Below the pieces are notes generated by a model. That model did no database searches and was not told the origin of the DNA. It was given only the letters and a program-made list of their open reading frames with translations. Shown here in pieces: positions 1 through 9,214 of a stretch of 64,000 bases of DNA. A program made the position numbers and the translations under genes. Each line of letters begins with the position of its first letter. The first letter of the stretch is position 1. Origin of the DNA: an uncultured Candidatus Saccharibacteria bacterium (lineage in GTDB: Bacteria > Patescibacteriota > Minisyncoccia > UBA6257 > JACOXY01); the NCBI GenBank assembly GCA_964357615.1, contig CAYHMC010000001.1, positions 66,602 to 130,601 on the forward strand, read 5' to 3'.

Positions 1-780
1 GAGAAAGGCGATGATGGGTTTTTAAGATCAAATATCGGTGTACATTCTTTTTTTCTCGTTTTTCAAGAAATTTTGAAGAATTTTAGAAAATATGATGACA
101 ATCCAATCGACTCAGATGTTGAATACACAAAACAAATTCAAAAGTTGTTAAATACTATCAGGCCAAATTTAGAGAATTTAACTGAAGATGAAATTTCAGA
201 CTTTAAGAAAGGAAGCTCGGAGAGATGGTTTTCTGAGAACGCGAAGAAGATTTGTAGTTGGATCAAAGACAAAATTCCTGAATTTAGTCCAGAAATATTA
301 AATGGAGATGAAAACGAACAAGATGGTGGGTTGATTACAAATCCAAATCAAATGATAGATAAAGTAGAGGAAGAAATTAGAAATAAGATACATTCTATAT
401 TGTTAGAAGGATGTGGAATAAATTACTGGGGATATGCAGTCCCAGAAGACATTCGCATAGTTGTAGATAAAAAAATAAAAGATGAAATTTTTAAATTTCC
501 GATGAAATCTGAGTCTGACTATCTTAATGGAGAAAAAAGAATTCAATTCTGTGAGATAAATGACTATTCAAAAATTATTATTTCTAATCAAAATTGGAAA
601 TTTTTTGAAAAATTATTTAAATCTAAATCTTCAGTTGAGACAAGGTTTAAAAATCTTAATGAATTTAGAAAACGTATTAAACATGGAAGAAAAGATGAAA
701 ACATTGACTCAATAATTGGGAAAGACGGAGAGGCGGCAATTGATTGGTTTTCTAAAGTATTAGGTATAGACCAAAGCTAG
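1..780 (+). CDS. 5'-truncated protein: probable C-terminal part of a DGQHR-type protein fused to a Swt1-like HEPN domain
   Basis: Frame 1 is open from base 1 (EKGDDGFLRSNIGV...). C-terminal region 'E..IR..I...L....G..YW...VP..IR...NWKFFEKLF...LNEFRKRIKH' carries an RxxxxH motif. The DGQHR motif itself would lie upstream of the window. Confidence 0.55.
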   Translation, partial: EKGDDGFLRSNIGVHSFFLVFQEILKNFRKYDDNPIDSDVEYTKQIQKLLNTIRPNLENLTEDEISDFKKGSSERWFSENAKKICSWIKDKIPEFSPEILNGDENEQDGGLITNPNQMIDKVEEEIRNKIHSILLEGCGINYWGYAVPEDIRIVVDKKIKDEIFKFPMKSESDYLNGEKRIQFCEINDYSKIIISNQNWKFFEKLFKSKSSVETRFKNLNEFRKRIKHGRKDENIDSIIGKDGEAAIDWFSKVLGIDQS

Positions 781-802
781 GAATTTTTTGATATAATATT
801 TT

Positions 803-1462
803 TTAAATTATCTGCCCATCATCTAACTTAATAGTTCTTTGTGCAATTTTGCCATATTCAGGTTCGTGGGTAACCATAATAATAGTTTGGCCTTTGCTGT
901 GCAGTTCTTTAAATATATCGATAACTGCATTTGAAGATTCATTATCTAGGTTTGCAGTTGGTTCATCTGCAAAAAGTATTTTTGGCTCGTGGGCTATGGC
1001 TCTTGCAATAGAAACTCTTTGCTGTTCACCACCAGAGAGCATTGATGGCAAATTACTTGGCCTATGATTTAGACCAACAAGTGAAAGTGAGTGAAGTGCT
1101 TTGTCATATGATTCGCTTTTGCTGTAACCCTGAGCAAGAAGGGGGAGTGCAACATTTTCTAGAGCAGTTAGATCTGGTAAAAGTGCATAGTCTTGAAAAA
1201 CATAACCAAATTTTACTAGCCTAAGCCAGGCTCTTTCTTTTGCATTCATTTTGCTTGCGGGTTCATTGTCTATAAACACTTCGCCCGAGCTTGGTTCATC
1301 AAGTAAGCTTATTTGATAAAGCAGTGTACTTTTGCCCGCACCAGAGCGACCCATTATTGTTACAAATTCGCCATTTTGAACTTTAAAATTAATTCCACGC
1401 AAAACTTCTGTTTCATGATCTCCGTTTTTGAATACTTTTTTAAGATTTTTTGTTTCTATCAT
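803..1462 (-). CDS. ABC transporter ATP-binding protein (LolD/MacB family)
   Basis: Walker A GRSGAGKS, LSGGEQQR signature, ADEPT Walker B, VTHE H-loop. Confidence 0.95.
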   Translation of the reverse strand: MIETKNLKKVFKNGDHETEVLRGINFKVQNGEFVTIMGRSGAGKSTLLYQISLLDEPSSGEVFIDNEPASKMNAKERAWLRLVKFGYVFQDYALLPDLTALENVALPLLAQGYSKSESYDKALHSLSLVGLNHRPSNLPSMLSGGEQQRVSIARAIAHEPKILFADEPTANLDNESSNAVIDIFKELHSKGQTIIMVTHEPEYGKIAQRTIKLDDGQII

Positions 1463-1482
1463 GTTTTTTGCTTTTTTAGTCT

Positions 1483-1643
1483 AAGATCTTTTATGCAATA
1501 TTTTTCATAACGAGATCTTTAAATTTCAGGCGAGACAAAGTGAAAATTATGATGCATATACAGAGTATACGCTGAAGAATTTTCACAAAGTCGAAGTCCA
1601 AATTTTAAAATTGTAGTAGAAAAGGTATTGCATGCAAGGTCTT
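1483..1643. repeat. ~160-bp imperfect palindromic intergenic element (RPE/MITE-like)
   Basis: Nested inverted arms: AGATCTTTTATGCAATATTTTTC/GAAAAGGTATTGCATGCAAGGTCT, TTAAATTT/AAATTTTAA, GTGAAAATT/AATTTTCAC, GCATATAC/GTATACGC. Confidence 0.75.
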
Positions 1644-2893
1644 TAATTACGGCCCAAAATAGAATCTAGGATATTCTTTTTTACAATCATTCTTGCTGGC
1701 AAGTAACCCGCTAAAATAGTTGTAACTATAAGTAGCAAAACTCTTATCGCTGTACCTCCGATTGGTGCGGCGAGTATTCCGTCGCCAAATGGAAAATCTA
1801 TTGGGTTTTTAAGAAAGTGAGGAACAAGAAAACCATAAATAAGCACTAGGCCAATACCAGAACCAGCAATTGCATAAAATAATGATTGGAACATGTATGA
1901 GATTTCTATTGCTCCACCACTAATGCCTATTCCACGCAAAATACCAATAAACTTTCGTCGCGTAATTGCATTTATAAAAACTACAATAAAAATAGTAATT
2001 GCCGCCACAACCAAACCAATTGAGCTTAGGCCATTGCCCAAAAGCGCAAAGGTTGTTGATATATCTTTCACATTGCTTGGGATGCCTTCTGCAAATGTTT
2101 GCACTTTGGTATCCGAAGTTGCATAAAACTTTAAATTATCACGAAATTCTTCTGGACTAACACCAGGTTTTAATTTCATAACTATTTGACTAACATTATT
2201 GTCGTCTCTATTTACTAGCGCACGAAGTTGTTTGTCGGTCATAAAAACACTCATACCCATTTCAATTTTGCTTTTTATTATTCCCTTAACAATAACCTCA
2301 CGGCGCACATCGTTGATTGAAAGTCTTATTCGCGAACCAATACCAACATTTCTTAAATTATCTTCTCCGGTAGGGGATTTCTCTTGATATTGTGTTAATA
2401 GATACCATCCAATAAGTACTTTATCAAAATCTTCAGGGTCTAAATAATTTCCCTCTATAACTTGCTCGGAAAGTTTTGAAAATTTATCTTCTAGGGTTGG
2501 ATCAATGCCTATTACTTGGGCTCCGACCGTGTTTGCTTTTTTATTTAAATCCGTTCTGGTTTTATAATTTGCTTCTACGCTACCGCCGGAAACATATCTC
2601 GCAGAGTATGACAAAATTTCTGATGAGTTTTCTATAATCGAAATAAGTTGAGAGCTATTTTCAATATAATTTTTATTTTCTCCAGCTGATATTGCCACAT
2701 CCCCAAATTGTTTAGATTGATAAATTGAATTAATGCCCTCCACGATTCCTACTAAAACTCCCGTTACAATTACAAGGTTTAAAAATGTAAGAAACATTAC
2801 AAAAACAATAAGACCAGTTGTCCATAAACTTGCGCGTCGTAGTTGTCGCCATGCAAGATACCAGCCTATGCGCATATTTGAAATTGAAAACAT
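1643..2893 (-). CDS. ABC transporter permease (MacB/FtsX/LolE family)
   Basis: N-terminal TM, large extracytoplasmic loop, 3 C-terminal TMs, 'IGILRGIG' and 'YLPARM' motifs; next to the ATPase. Confidence 0.9.
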   Translation of the reverse strand: MFSISNMRIGWYLAWRQLRRASLWTTGLIVFVMFLTFLNLVIVTGVLVGIVEGINSIYQSKQFGDVAISAGENKNYIENSSQLISIIENSSEILSYSARYVSGGSVEANYKTRTDLNKKANTVGAQVIGIDPTLEDKFSKLSEQVIEGNYLDPEDFDKVLIGWYLLTQYQEKSPTGEDNLRNVGIGSRIRLSINDVRREVIVKGIIKSKIEMGMSVFMTDKQLRALVNRDDNNVSQIVMKLKPGVSPEEFRDNLKFYATSDTKVQTFAEGIPSNVKDISTTFALLGNGLSSIGLVVAAITIFIVVFINAITRRKFIGILRGIGISGGAIEISYMFQSLFYAIAGSGIGLVLIYGFLVPHFLKNPIDFPFGDGILAAPIGGTAIRVLLLIVTTILAGYLPARMIVKKNILDSILGRN

Positions 2894-2911
2894 TTATTTA
2901 AGTTTATTTAA

Positions 2912-3655
2912 CTAATCGGACAGCAAAGCATTTATTCTTCCGTTATTTATATTCTTTTTTTCTTCAGCTGACAATAATTCAAAGACTTCTTTAAATTTAG
3001 CTCTTGCGTCTAAAAGTTTTTCTCCTAGTGATTTTTCAGCTTCAGTTATCATTTTTGCCATTTGGAAAAGAAAATAAGCATATTCGCTACTATGAGAACC
3101 ATATGTTGGGTCGACATCCACTAAGTAAATATGGTTTTCTGTTTCATTTTTTCTTTTTCCGTAAACAAATTGGACATTATCAAAGTCATTTAAAATGTCT
3201 TCATTTGTGGAGTGTTTATCTTCAAAGTATCTTAGTAAATTTATGTATAATTCTTCTAACTCTTCGATATATACATCATCATTTTCACCCGAAGTTCTTT
3301 CGTCAAGATTTTTTCCGTGAACACGTTCAATAATAGTGTATAAGGCTGGATAACCGTGTTCATCTTTTCCAATTACAAATTGTGTTTTTGGAATACGAAT
3401 ATTGTATTTTTCTTGCAATTCCGCAAAATACTTTTCTCCTTTTTTATAGTGTTCAATTCTATGCTTTTTTTCTTTTTCTGATTCACCAATATATGTGGAT
3501 ACTCTTATAACGATATCGTGGTTATTTTCTAAAGTTTTAATTTTGAATCCTTTTTCTGGCGCAAAGTCGGCGCCTTTTAAATTTCCTAAAAAAGGTAATT
3601 CTGGATTATCTCCTAGCGAGTCATAGTTTTTTTGTTCAAAGTTTTTTCTATCCAT
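2912..3655 (-). CDS. hypothetical protein, possible degenerate protein-kinase-like fold
   Basis: 247-aa ORF; 'IPKT...YTIIERVHG...LNDFDNVQFV...IYLVDVDP' follows PKL-fold motif order. Confidence 0.4.
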   Translation of the reverse strand: MDRKNFEQKNYDSLGDNPELPFLGNLKGADFAPEKGFKIKTLENNHDIVIRVSTYIGESEKEKKHRIEHYKKGEKYFAELQEKYNIRIPKTQFVIGKDEHGYPALYTIIERVHGKNLDERTSGENDDVYIEELEELYINLLRYFEDKHSTNEDILNDFDNVQFVYGKRKNETENHIYLVDVDPTYGSHSSEYAYFLFQMAKMITEAEKSLGEKLLDARAKFKEVFELLSAEEKKNINNGRINALLSD

Positions 3656-3691
3656 AAAATTCCGCCACGGGAAAATATATCTTTTCCCGAC

Positions 3692-3709
3692 CCTGCCTGC
3701 GCAGGCAGG
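3692..3709. repeat. perfect 18-bp GC-rich palindrome CCTGCCTGCGCAGGCAGG (REP-like)
   Basis: Self-complementary; adjacent hairpin CGGGAAAA-N6-TTTTCCCG at 3668-3689. Confidence 0.75.
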
Positions 3710-3783
3710 ACCTTTTTAGTTCAAATCCAGCTCCTCAATTAGATACCAAAATAAACACCTAAAGATATTATTTTTGATATTTG

Positions 3784-3854
3784 CTGGGAGGCTTGGATTC
3801 GAACCAAGATAGCCGCCTTCAAAGGGCGGAGTCCTGCCATTAGACGATCTCCCA
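3784..3854 (-). tRNA. tRNA-Gln (anticodon UUG), CCA not encoded
   Basis: Reverse complement TGGGAGATCGTCTAATGGCAGGACTCCGCCCTTTGAAGGCGGCTATCTTGGTTCGAATCCAAGCCTCCCAG folds as a cloverleaf; anticodon arm CCGCC-CT-TTG-AA-GGCGG; GTTCGAATC T-loop. Confidence 0.95.
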
Positions 3855-3913
3855 ATGATAATAATATTATAACAAAAAAAACGGAAAATCCAGTTTTTAA
3901 TGATATAATTATC

Positions 3914-3952
3914 TTATATCAAAATCACAAAATAAAACTGTAAAAACAAATG
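3914..3952 (+). repeat. direct repeat copy 1 (30-bp exact core 3919-3948), left flank of DMT gene
   Basis: TCAAAATCACAAAATAAAACTGTAAAAACA is identical to 4973-5002. Confidence 0.9.
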
Positions 3953-4022
3953 AAAATAAAGAAAATATTGATAAAAGAAAAAAATCCTTTATTATTTCCT
4001 TAGTTAGTACGACTCAATTTAA

Positions 4023-4946
4023 ATGATGAACTCGACTATTTCAAATACGCGCTCAAATAAACAAGGCGTTTTATTAATTGTCCTTTCTACATTGGCGTTT
4101 GGTAGTTATGGTGTTTGGGCACGACTTATAGGGAATTCGCTTGGAATATTTTACCAAAGCTGGGCGCGATCTCTTTTAATTGCTCTTATACTTTTACCAA
4201 TGCTATTGTATAAAAAAGAATTTGTTTTTATTAAAATAAAATATTGGAGATGGCTTTTTGTGTTCCTTATATTTACTTCGCTAACACAAGCACCAATTTT
4301 CTATGCGTATAATCACATGGATATTGCAACAGCGTCATTGATTTATTTTGTTTCCACACTTTTAACAATGTATGCAGTTGGTTTTGCATTTCTAGAAGAA
4401 AAAGTTAATACGGTTAAGAGTATTTCATTTCTTGTTGCCTGTGTTGGACTGTTTTTTATATTCTCGGTATCAATAAAAGAATTTTCCTTGCTGGCTGCAT
4501 CTATGGCACTTTTAAATGGAATAGCTAGTGGTGGTGAGCTCGCTTTTTCTAAAAAATTGACCAATGTATATTCGCCACTATTTATTGTTTGGTTAAGCTG
4601 GATTATCATTGCGCTTACAAATGGACCAGTATCTCTTTTTATGGGAGAACATCAAGTTTTGCCTGAGTTGTCATTGCCTTGGTTATATCTAGGAGGTTAT
4701 GCTGTGGCAAGCATCTTTGGATTCTGGTTAGTGATAGCTGGTATGAAATATGTCGAGGCAAGCATCAGCGGTCTTCTTGGGTTATTGGAAATTGTTTTTA
4801 GTGTGGCATTTGGCATCTTTCTTTTTGGTGAAGCGCTTACCCTAAAAGTAGTGCTTGGAATGGGACTTATTTTAATTGCAGCAGCTTTACCGCACCTATT
4901 CAATTACTTCGACTCTTCTTATAAAAATTCCACCGTAGTTTTATAG
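4023..4946 (+). CDS. DMT/EamA family transporter
   Basis: About 10 TM segments, two EamA-like halves ('FLEEKV', 'LFGEAL'). Confidence 0.9.
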   Translation: MMNSTISNTRSNKQGVLLIVLSTLAFGSYGVWARLIGNSLGIFYQSWARSLLIALILLPMLLYKKEFVFIKIKYWRWLFVFLIFTSLTQAPIFYAYNHMDIATASLIYFVSTLLTMYAVGFAFLEEKVNTVKSISFLVACVGLFFIFSVSIKEFSLLAASMALLNGIASGGELAFSKKLTNVYSPLFIVWLSWIIIALTNGPVSLFMGEHQVLPELSLPWLYLGGYAVASIFGFWLVIAGMKYVEASISGLLGLLEIVFSVAFGIFLFGEALTLKVVLGMGLILIAAALPHLFNYFDSSYKNSTVVL

Positions 4947-4969
4947 GTATTTAGAATTAATTAAATATT

Positions 4970-5038
4970 ATGTCAAAATCACAAAATAAAACTGTAAAAA
5001 CATATGCAAGCGTTGCTGATTTTATTGAAAAAATATAA
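4970..5038 (+). pseudogene. 5' gene remnant MSKSQNKTVKTYASVADFIEKI* (DUF1801/YdhG-like N-terminus), includes direct repeat copy 2
   Basis: The NKT..T.ASV.DFI..I pattern resembles DUF1801 N-termini; stops after 22 aa. Confidence 0.5.
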
Positions 5039-5060
5039 AGTGAAATAGTTTTTTCTGGTT

Positions 5061-6248
5061 TTAAAATAACTTTGGATTGATGCGAATTATTTTGTCGTCA
5101 TTTGGATCGAAACTGCCCCTACCATCTGTATTTGAAGTTGTTATGTAAAGTAAGTTATCTGGACCTAAGACTACTGCGCGTATGCGACCAAATTCTTTTC
5201 TTAAATGTGATTTAAGGGAAACTTTATTGCCCTCTAAAAGTTTTGCTTCGTAAATAGATTCACCCCGAAGACCAGCAAAGAAAAGTGAATTATTATAATA
5301 TGCAATTCCTGCTGGTGCCCAAGTTTCATTTGCTCCGGATTGCACAATTGGTGATACCATTCCTTCTTTTGATTCTGCTCCTCGAATAGTTGGCCAGCCA
5401 TAATTTTTACCAGATTCAATTAAATTTAATTCGTCGTGTCCAGACTCGGCTCCAGAGGGGCCATGCTCTGTTGCCCACATGCGACCTAGGTTGTCCCAAG
5501 TAATCCCTTGAACATTACGATGACCATATGACCACACTTCATTTTTGAATGGATTGTCTTTTGGAATAGAGCCGTCGTCTTTTATTCTAAGAATTTTACC
5601 ATCTAAAGATTTTGTATTTTGTGCTAATTCAGTTTTTCCTGCATCTCCTGCTGTAACATAAAGATAATTTCCATTTTCGCTTGATGGACCAAATGCAATT
5701 CTTCCACCGTCGTGGTTTGAAGCACCAGGAATATTATTTAAGATAACTTTTCTTTCTGATAGGCGATCATCGCCAAGCGTGTATCGCTCAACTCTATTTA
5801 TTAAGCCGTTATCGCTTTTGGTTGTAAGGTAGAGATAAATCCATTTATTATCTTTAAATTGTGGATGCATTGTGAGCCCAAGAAGGCCACCTTCGCCAGA
5901 ATGATTAACACCTTCGATTTTATAGGTGCGACCTTCTTTGCCTATTCTTTTTAGTGTTCCTGGGCGTTCGGTTACTAATAAATCACCATTAGGAAGAAAT
6001 GCTATCTCCCAAGGAATTTCAAGTTTTTCTGCAACTATTTCCCAGTCTTTTACTGTGCTTGTATTGGTCGTTGTTGTGCTGGTTTGAATTGGTGCTTTAC
6101 TTGTGCTTAACTTTAGACCTTCCTCTAAGGTTGTTTCAGTTGGTCTAAAGAAAAATTTAAAAATTTGATCGCGTAAAGAAAAAACGCTAATTATTACTAA
6201 AATAATTAGTGAAATTATTATTAAAATAAATTTTTTAAATTTCCCCAT
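5061..6248 (-). CDS. PQQ-dependent sugar dehydrogenase (GSDH, beta-propeller)
   Basis: PW.IAFLP.G..LVTER.G, GEGGLLG, HDGGRIAFGP, YGHRNVQG, NYGWP; N-terminal anchor. Confidence 0.92.
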   Translation of the reverse strand: MGKFKKFILIIISLIILVIISVFSLRDQIFKFFFRPTETTLEEGLKLSTSKAPIQTSTTTTNTSTVKDWEIVAEKLEIPWEIAFLPNGDLLVTERPGTLKRIGKEGRTYKIEGVNHSGEGGLLGLTMHPQFKDNKWIYLYLTTKSDNGLINRVERYTLGDDRLSERKVILNNIPGASNHDGGRIAFGPSSENGNYLYVTAGDAGKTELAQNTKSLDGKILRIKDDGSIPKDNPFKNEVWSYGHRNVQGITWDNLGRMWATEHGPSGAESGHDELNLIESGKNYGWPTIRGAESKEGMVSPIVQSGANETWAPAGIAYYNNSLFFAGLRGESIYEAKLLEGNKVSLKSHLRKEFGRIRAVVLGPDNLLYITTSNTDGRGSFDPNDDKIIRINPKLF

Positions 6249-6249
6249 T

Positions 6250-6522
6250 TTATTTTATGAATCTATATTTATGCTCTACATAAATAACTCTCCACCAATA
6301 TTTTCCTTGCTTATAGCCCAAAACAATTCCTCCCATAAGAAGTATTAATGATCCTATGTGATGAATAAGGTACCAGTTGCTCCAGCTAAGACCAAGCCCG
6401 TATTTTCTAAAATCTTTAATAAGTAAATTGAGTATTGAGATTTCTAAAAATGCATGAATTAGAAAGCTGACAATGATTCCCAAAAGAGTAAAAAGAGAAA
6501 TATATAAAGTTTTTTTAGTCAT
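6250..6522 (-). CDS. small 2-TM membrane protein
   Basis: 90-aa ORF with two hydrophobic segments, abuts the GSDH gene. Confidence 0.7.
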   Translation of the reverse strand: MTKKTLYISLFTLLGIIVSFLIHAFLEISILNLLIKDFRKYGLGLSWSNWYLIHHIGSLILLMGGIVLGYKQGKYWWRVIYVEHKYRFIK

Positions 6523-6655
6523 AATCTTTATTATACACGAAAAAAGAGGAATTTTTAGGACAGCATAATAAGATTGTTACATTTTCTTCCAAATCTCGTA
6601 TTATATATTATGAAAGTTCGTCGTATTAAAATTAATAATCATTTAAGTTAAAGAT

Positions 6656-7225
6656 ATGAAACAAAAAACAATTATGTTAGTAGGTTTGGCAGTAATTTTG
6701 ATAGTAGCAGGGGGATGTTATATTTTTTCAACAAAAAATAATGGTGATGTAGTTTTGGATTCAACTCCTAAAAATGTAACTCTTTCTGGGGAGTATGCTT
6801 GTTTGCCACATTTAAATCCAAGTGAAGACACAACAAAAGAATGTGCATTTGGATTAAAAACTGATGATGGTGTCTACTATGCGATTAATTTTGGTGAATC
6901 AGCGAACGCGATGGAATTATTTCAAAGTGGCGCACGCATTAGCGCAGAAGGATTTGTGGTAATAAAAGAAGCACTAAGCACAGACCAGTGGGCTAAATAT
7001 AATATGAAAGGAATATTTACAATTACTAAATTTATTGATGGACAGATACCCGTACAAGGCAAACTTAATATTAACGCAATATGTGAAGGAGCCCTTGCTT
7101 ATATGACATTTAAAGATGGGAAATCTGCAGATGCATTTGTTCTAGAATGCAAAGATGGAAAGCATCCTGAAGTAATCGAAAAATATAAAAAAGATATGGG
7201 GCTAGGGGATGGATCAACAATTTAA
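6656..7225 (+). CDS. membrane-anchored hypothetical protein with Cys pairs
   Basis: N-terminal TM; CLPH...ECAFGLK motif. Confidence 0.75.
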   Translation: MKQKTIMLVGLAVILIVAGGCYIFSTKNNGDVVLDSTPKNVTLSGEYACLPHLNPSEDTTKECAFGLKTDDGVYYAINFGESANAMELFQSGARISAEGFVVIKEALSTDQWAKYNMKGIFTITKFIDGQIPVQGKLNINAICEGALAYMTFKDGKSADAFVLECKDGKHPEVIEKYKKDMGLGDGSTI

Positions 7226-7229
7226 ACTT

Positions 7230-7281
7230 TTATCGCTCGTGCATTCATCTTAATGGTTTCGCACTTCATCATTTTAAAAAA
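7230..7281 (+). repeat. dispersed intergenic element, copy 1 (degenerate)
   Basis: TTATCGCTCGTGCATTCATCTTAATGGTTTCGCACTTCATCATTT aligns with 27252-27304 (+) and 17835-17904 (-). Confidence 0.7.
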
Positions 7282-7291
7282 TTTGTTAATT

Positions 7292-7320
7292 AAAATAAAA
7301 ACCGGCATTACTTTTGCCGG
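7292..7320 (-). terminator. intrinsic terminator of ORF 7328-7810
   Basis: CCGGCA-N7-TGCCGG stem with U-tract on the minus strand. Confidence 0.75.
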
Positions 7321-7327
7321 CTCACAT

Positions 7328-7810
7328 TTATTTTAATGGGTTCTTTTTCTGATCCATTAATTTTAGTTCTGGAATTGTTTTAGATATAAATAGCGCAAAA
7401 TATCTTAAAAATTGTTCTCCGCGCATTATGGTAATGAAACGAGAATTTTCTCTAAGAGCCATTGTTGGATTAAAAGTTAGCAATTGATACTCGCCTTTAG
7501 ATATATATAATTCGCGCTCATATATTTCGTTTAGAATTGGATTTGCAGATAAATTTAATGTTACGAAATTATCATTGGATTCTGGAGGTAGCCAACCAAT
7601 AGGCACGGGGATTATACATTCATATGGTTCGTTATGGGGTGGCGGGAATAATTCTTTACAATTAATTCCTCTTTCAATATATAATCGAAATGTTGAATTG
7701 GAAAGTTTTTTGCTGACGCCACCTCTCTTTAAACTTACACTACCAAAAAATGTTTCTCCGAACATTATTTTCCTTAGATTTGAATATGCTAAAGAAAATT
7801 TAACTAACAA
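7328..7810 (-). CDS. hypothetical protein (ORFan; start uncertain)
   Basis: 160-aa ORF followed by a terminator. Confidence 0.55.
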   Translation of the reverse strand: MLVKFSLAYSNLRKIMFGETFFGSVSLKRGGVSKKLSNSTFRLYIERGINCKELFPPPHNEPYECIIPVPIGWLPPESNDNFVTLNLSANPILNEIYERELYISKGEYQLLTFNPTMALRENSRFITIMRGEQFLRYFALFISKTIPELKLMDQKKNPLK

Positions 7811-7833
7811 TTAGTTCGATGTCAATTTAAAGT

Positions 7834-8094
7834 TTAGGTATTTCTACTTTTACCTACGCCATAGTGCATTTTAAAGATTGCAGATAATGCAATGACAAAC
7901 CAAATAACATTTATAAATGTCGAGGGCCAAGCTTTTTGAACAAATGAATTTGATGCAATTCCAATTGCTCCAACTAAATTCATAAAATGATATATGAACG
8001 AACTACTTTTAATTTTCTCAGTTGTAAGTAAATAGTAGGCAAGAAGAATTAAAACAGCACCAACCCAGCCGAAAATCTCTGTAAACACAATCAT
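7834..8094 (-). CDS. small 3-TM protein (CBU_0592-like)
   Basis: GW.GA.LIL.AY.L...Y..MNL.GA...W....N.IW pattern. Confidence 0.8.
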   Translation of the reverse strand: MIVFTEIFGWVGAVLILLAYYLLTTEKIKSSSFIYHFMNLVGAIGIASNSFVQKAWPSTFINVIWFVIALSAIFKMHYGVGKSRNT

Positions 8095-8212
8095 ATAGAA
8101 TCCCTTTTGTGATAGCTAGGGTTAGAATAAGCTGATGATTTCGATTGTCAATAACTTTGATAATTTTAGTCCAGTATAATACAATTCCTCTCAGCAATTT
8201 GAGGTGAGAATA

Positions 8213-8482
8213 ATGGAAAGCATAGACGAATTTGTTCAAAGAAAAAGAGACGAGATAATAAGTTATATAACTAGTTTTAGAAAAAGCTTAGTTAATGATT
8301 TTGAATTTTGGTCTATTCGGGAATTAAATGATGAAACTAAAAGAAAGTTAAAAGAAAAGCTCGAAGGTATACCATTTAGAAATGTTTTTGGTGAAACAAT
8401 TTATCCTAAAGTGGAATTTTATTTTCACCGTGTCTGGGGAACAATTATAAATATTTTTACAGAAGACAAACCGCAAAAATAA
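8213..8482 (+). CDS. hypothetical protein (ORFan)
   Basis: SD-like GAGGTG at 8201-8206 precedes ATG 8213; terminator at 8468-8498. Confidence 0.6.
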   Translation: MESIDEFVQRKRDEIISYITSFRKSLVNDFEFWSIRELNDETKRKLKEKLEGIPFRNVFGETIYPKVEFYFHRVWGTIINIFTEDKPQK

Positions 8483-8535
8483 TGCGGTTTTATTTTTTGT
8501 GTTTTTCTAATTCAATTTGTATACTTTAAGAGTAA

Positions 8536-9204
8536 ATGAGATTTGAAGAATATGAGGGAAAAACTAAAGATGAACGCCGGATTACTGCTTCAGAAGATGA
8601 ATCTCTTGAAGTAAAAAGATTTATACTTTCAAGAAACCCTGAAGTCCAAGAAAGACTCCGTGTATTAAGGGAGGTTTTTAAGGAACTTCAAGGAAAATAT
8701 CCCGAAATTATTTCACTAAGTTTATATGGATCACTTACAAAGGGTTACGCAACCGAAGACTCTGATATTGATGCATTTTTGCACATAAATGGAGAAATAG
8801 AAAAGCACGAATATTCCAAAGAAGAGTTGTATGAATTATTTGTGGATATAGTAAGAGAAAAATTGAAACTTAATAAAGCACAAGTTGAAAATATAAAATT
8901 TGATGCTCTAAATAAAAAAGAAATTGAAGAAGATTGCAGAAAGGGTTTTGTAGACGAGAGAACACCTATTTTTAGATTGTTTCTTTTATCAATAGACAGA
9001 GATATAAATGAATATAGAAGAGTAGTTTTTGATACTCTAGAATCTATGGGAAAGAAAGGGGAAAATCTTTGGATGACATTAATGACTAGTGTAAGTAGCT
9101 TTGAAAATCATGGTCTTGATGATGGGCTTGAGTCTAGGCGTGGAAAACTCTATCCACAAACATTAGCTGAAGGAAGAAAATATTTTTTAGGAAACTCAAA
9201 TTAA
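8536..9204 (+). CDS. Pol-beta-family minimal nucleotidyltransferase (MNT) domain protein
   Basis: LYGSLTKG...DSDID signature. Confidence 0.8.
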   Translation: MRFEEYEGKTKDERRITASEDESLEVKRFILSRNPEVQERLRVLREVFKELQGKYPEIISLSLYGSLTKGYATEDSDIDAFLHINGEIEKHEYSKEELYELFVDIVREKLKLNKAQVENIKFDALNKKEIEEDCRKGFVDERTPIFRLFLLSIDRDINEYRRVVFDTLESMGKKGENLWMTLMTSVSSFENHGLDDGLESRRGKLYPQTLAEGRKYFLGNSN

Positions 9205-9214
9205 TCAGAGTAAT

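Noticed and set aside
3718-3740. GTTCAAATCCAGCTCCTCAA looks like a tRNA T-arm/3' fragment (possible att site)
   Set aside because: The T-stem does not pair, no 5' half is present, it does not match the adjacent tRNA-Gln, and no integrase is in view.
8213-9204. MNT gene plus upstream small ORF as an MNT-HEPN toxin-antitoxin pair
   Set aside because: The neighbour is separated from the MNT gene by a terminator, and its sequence does not look like a HEPN domain.
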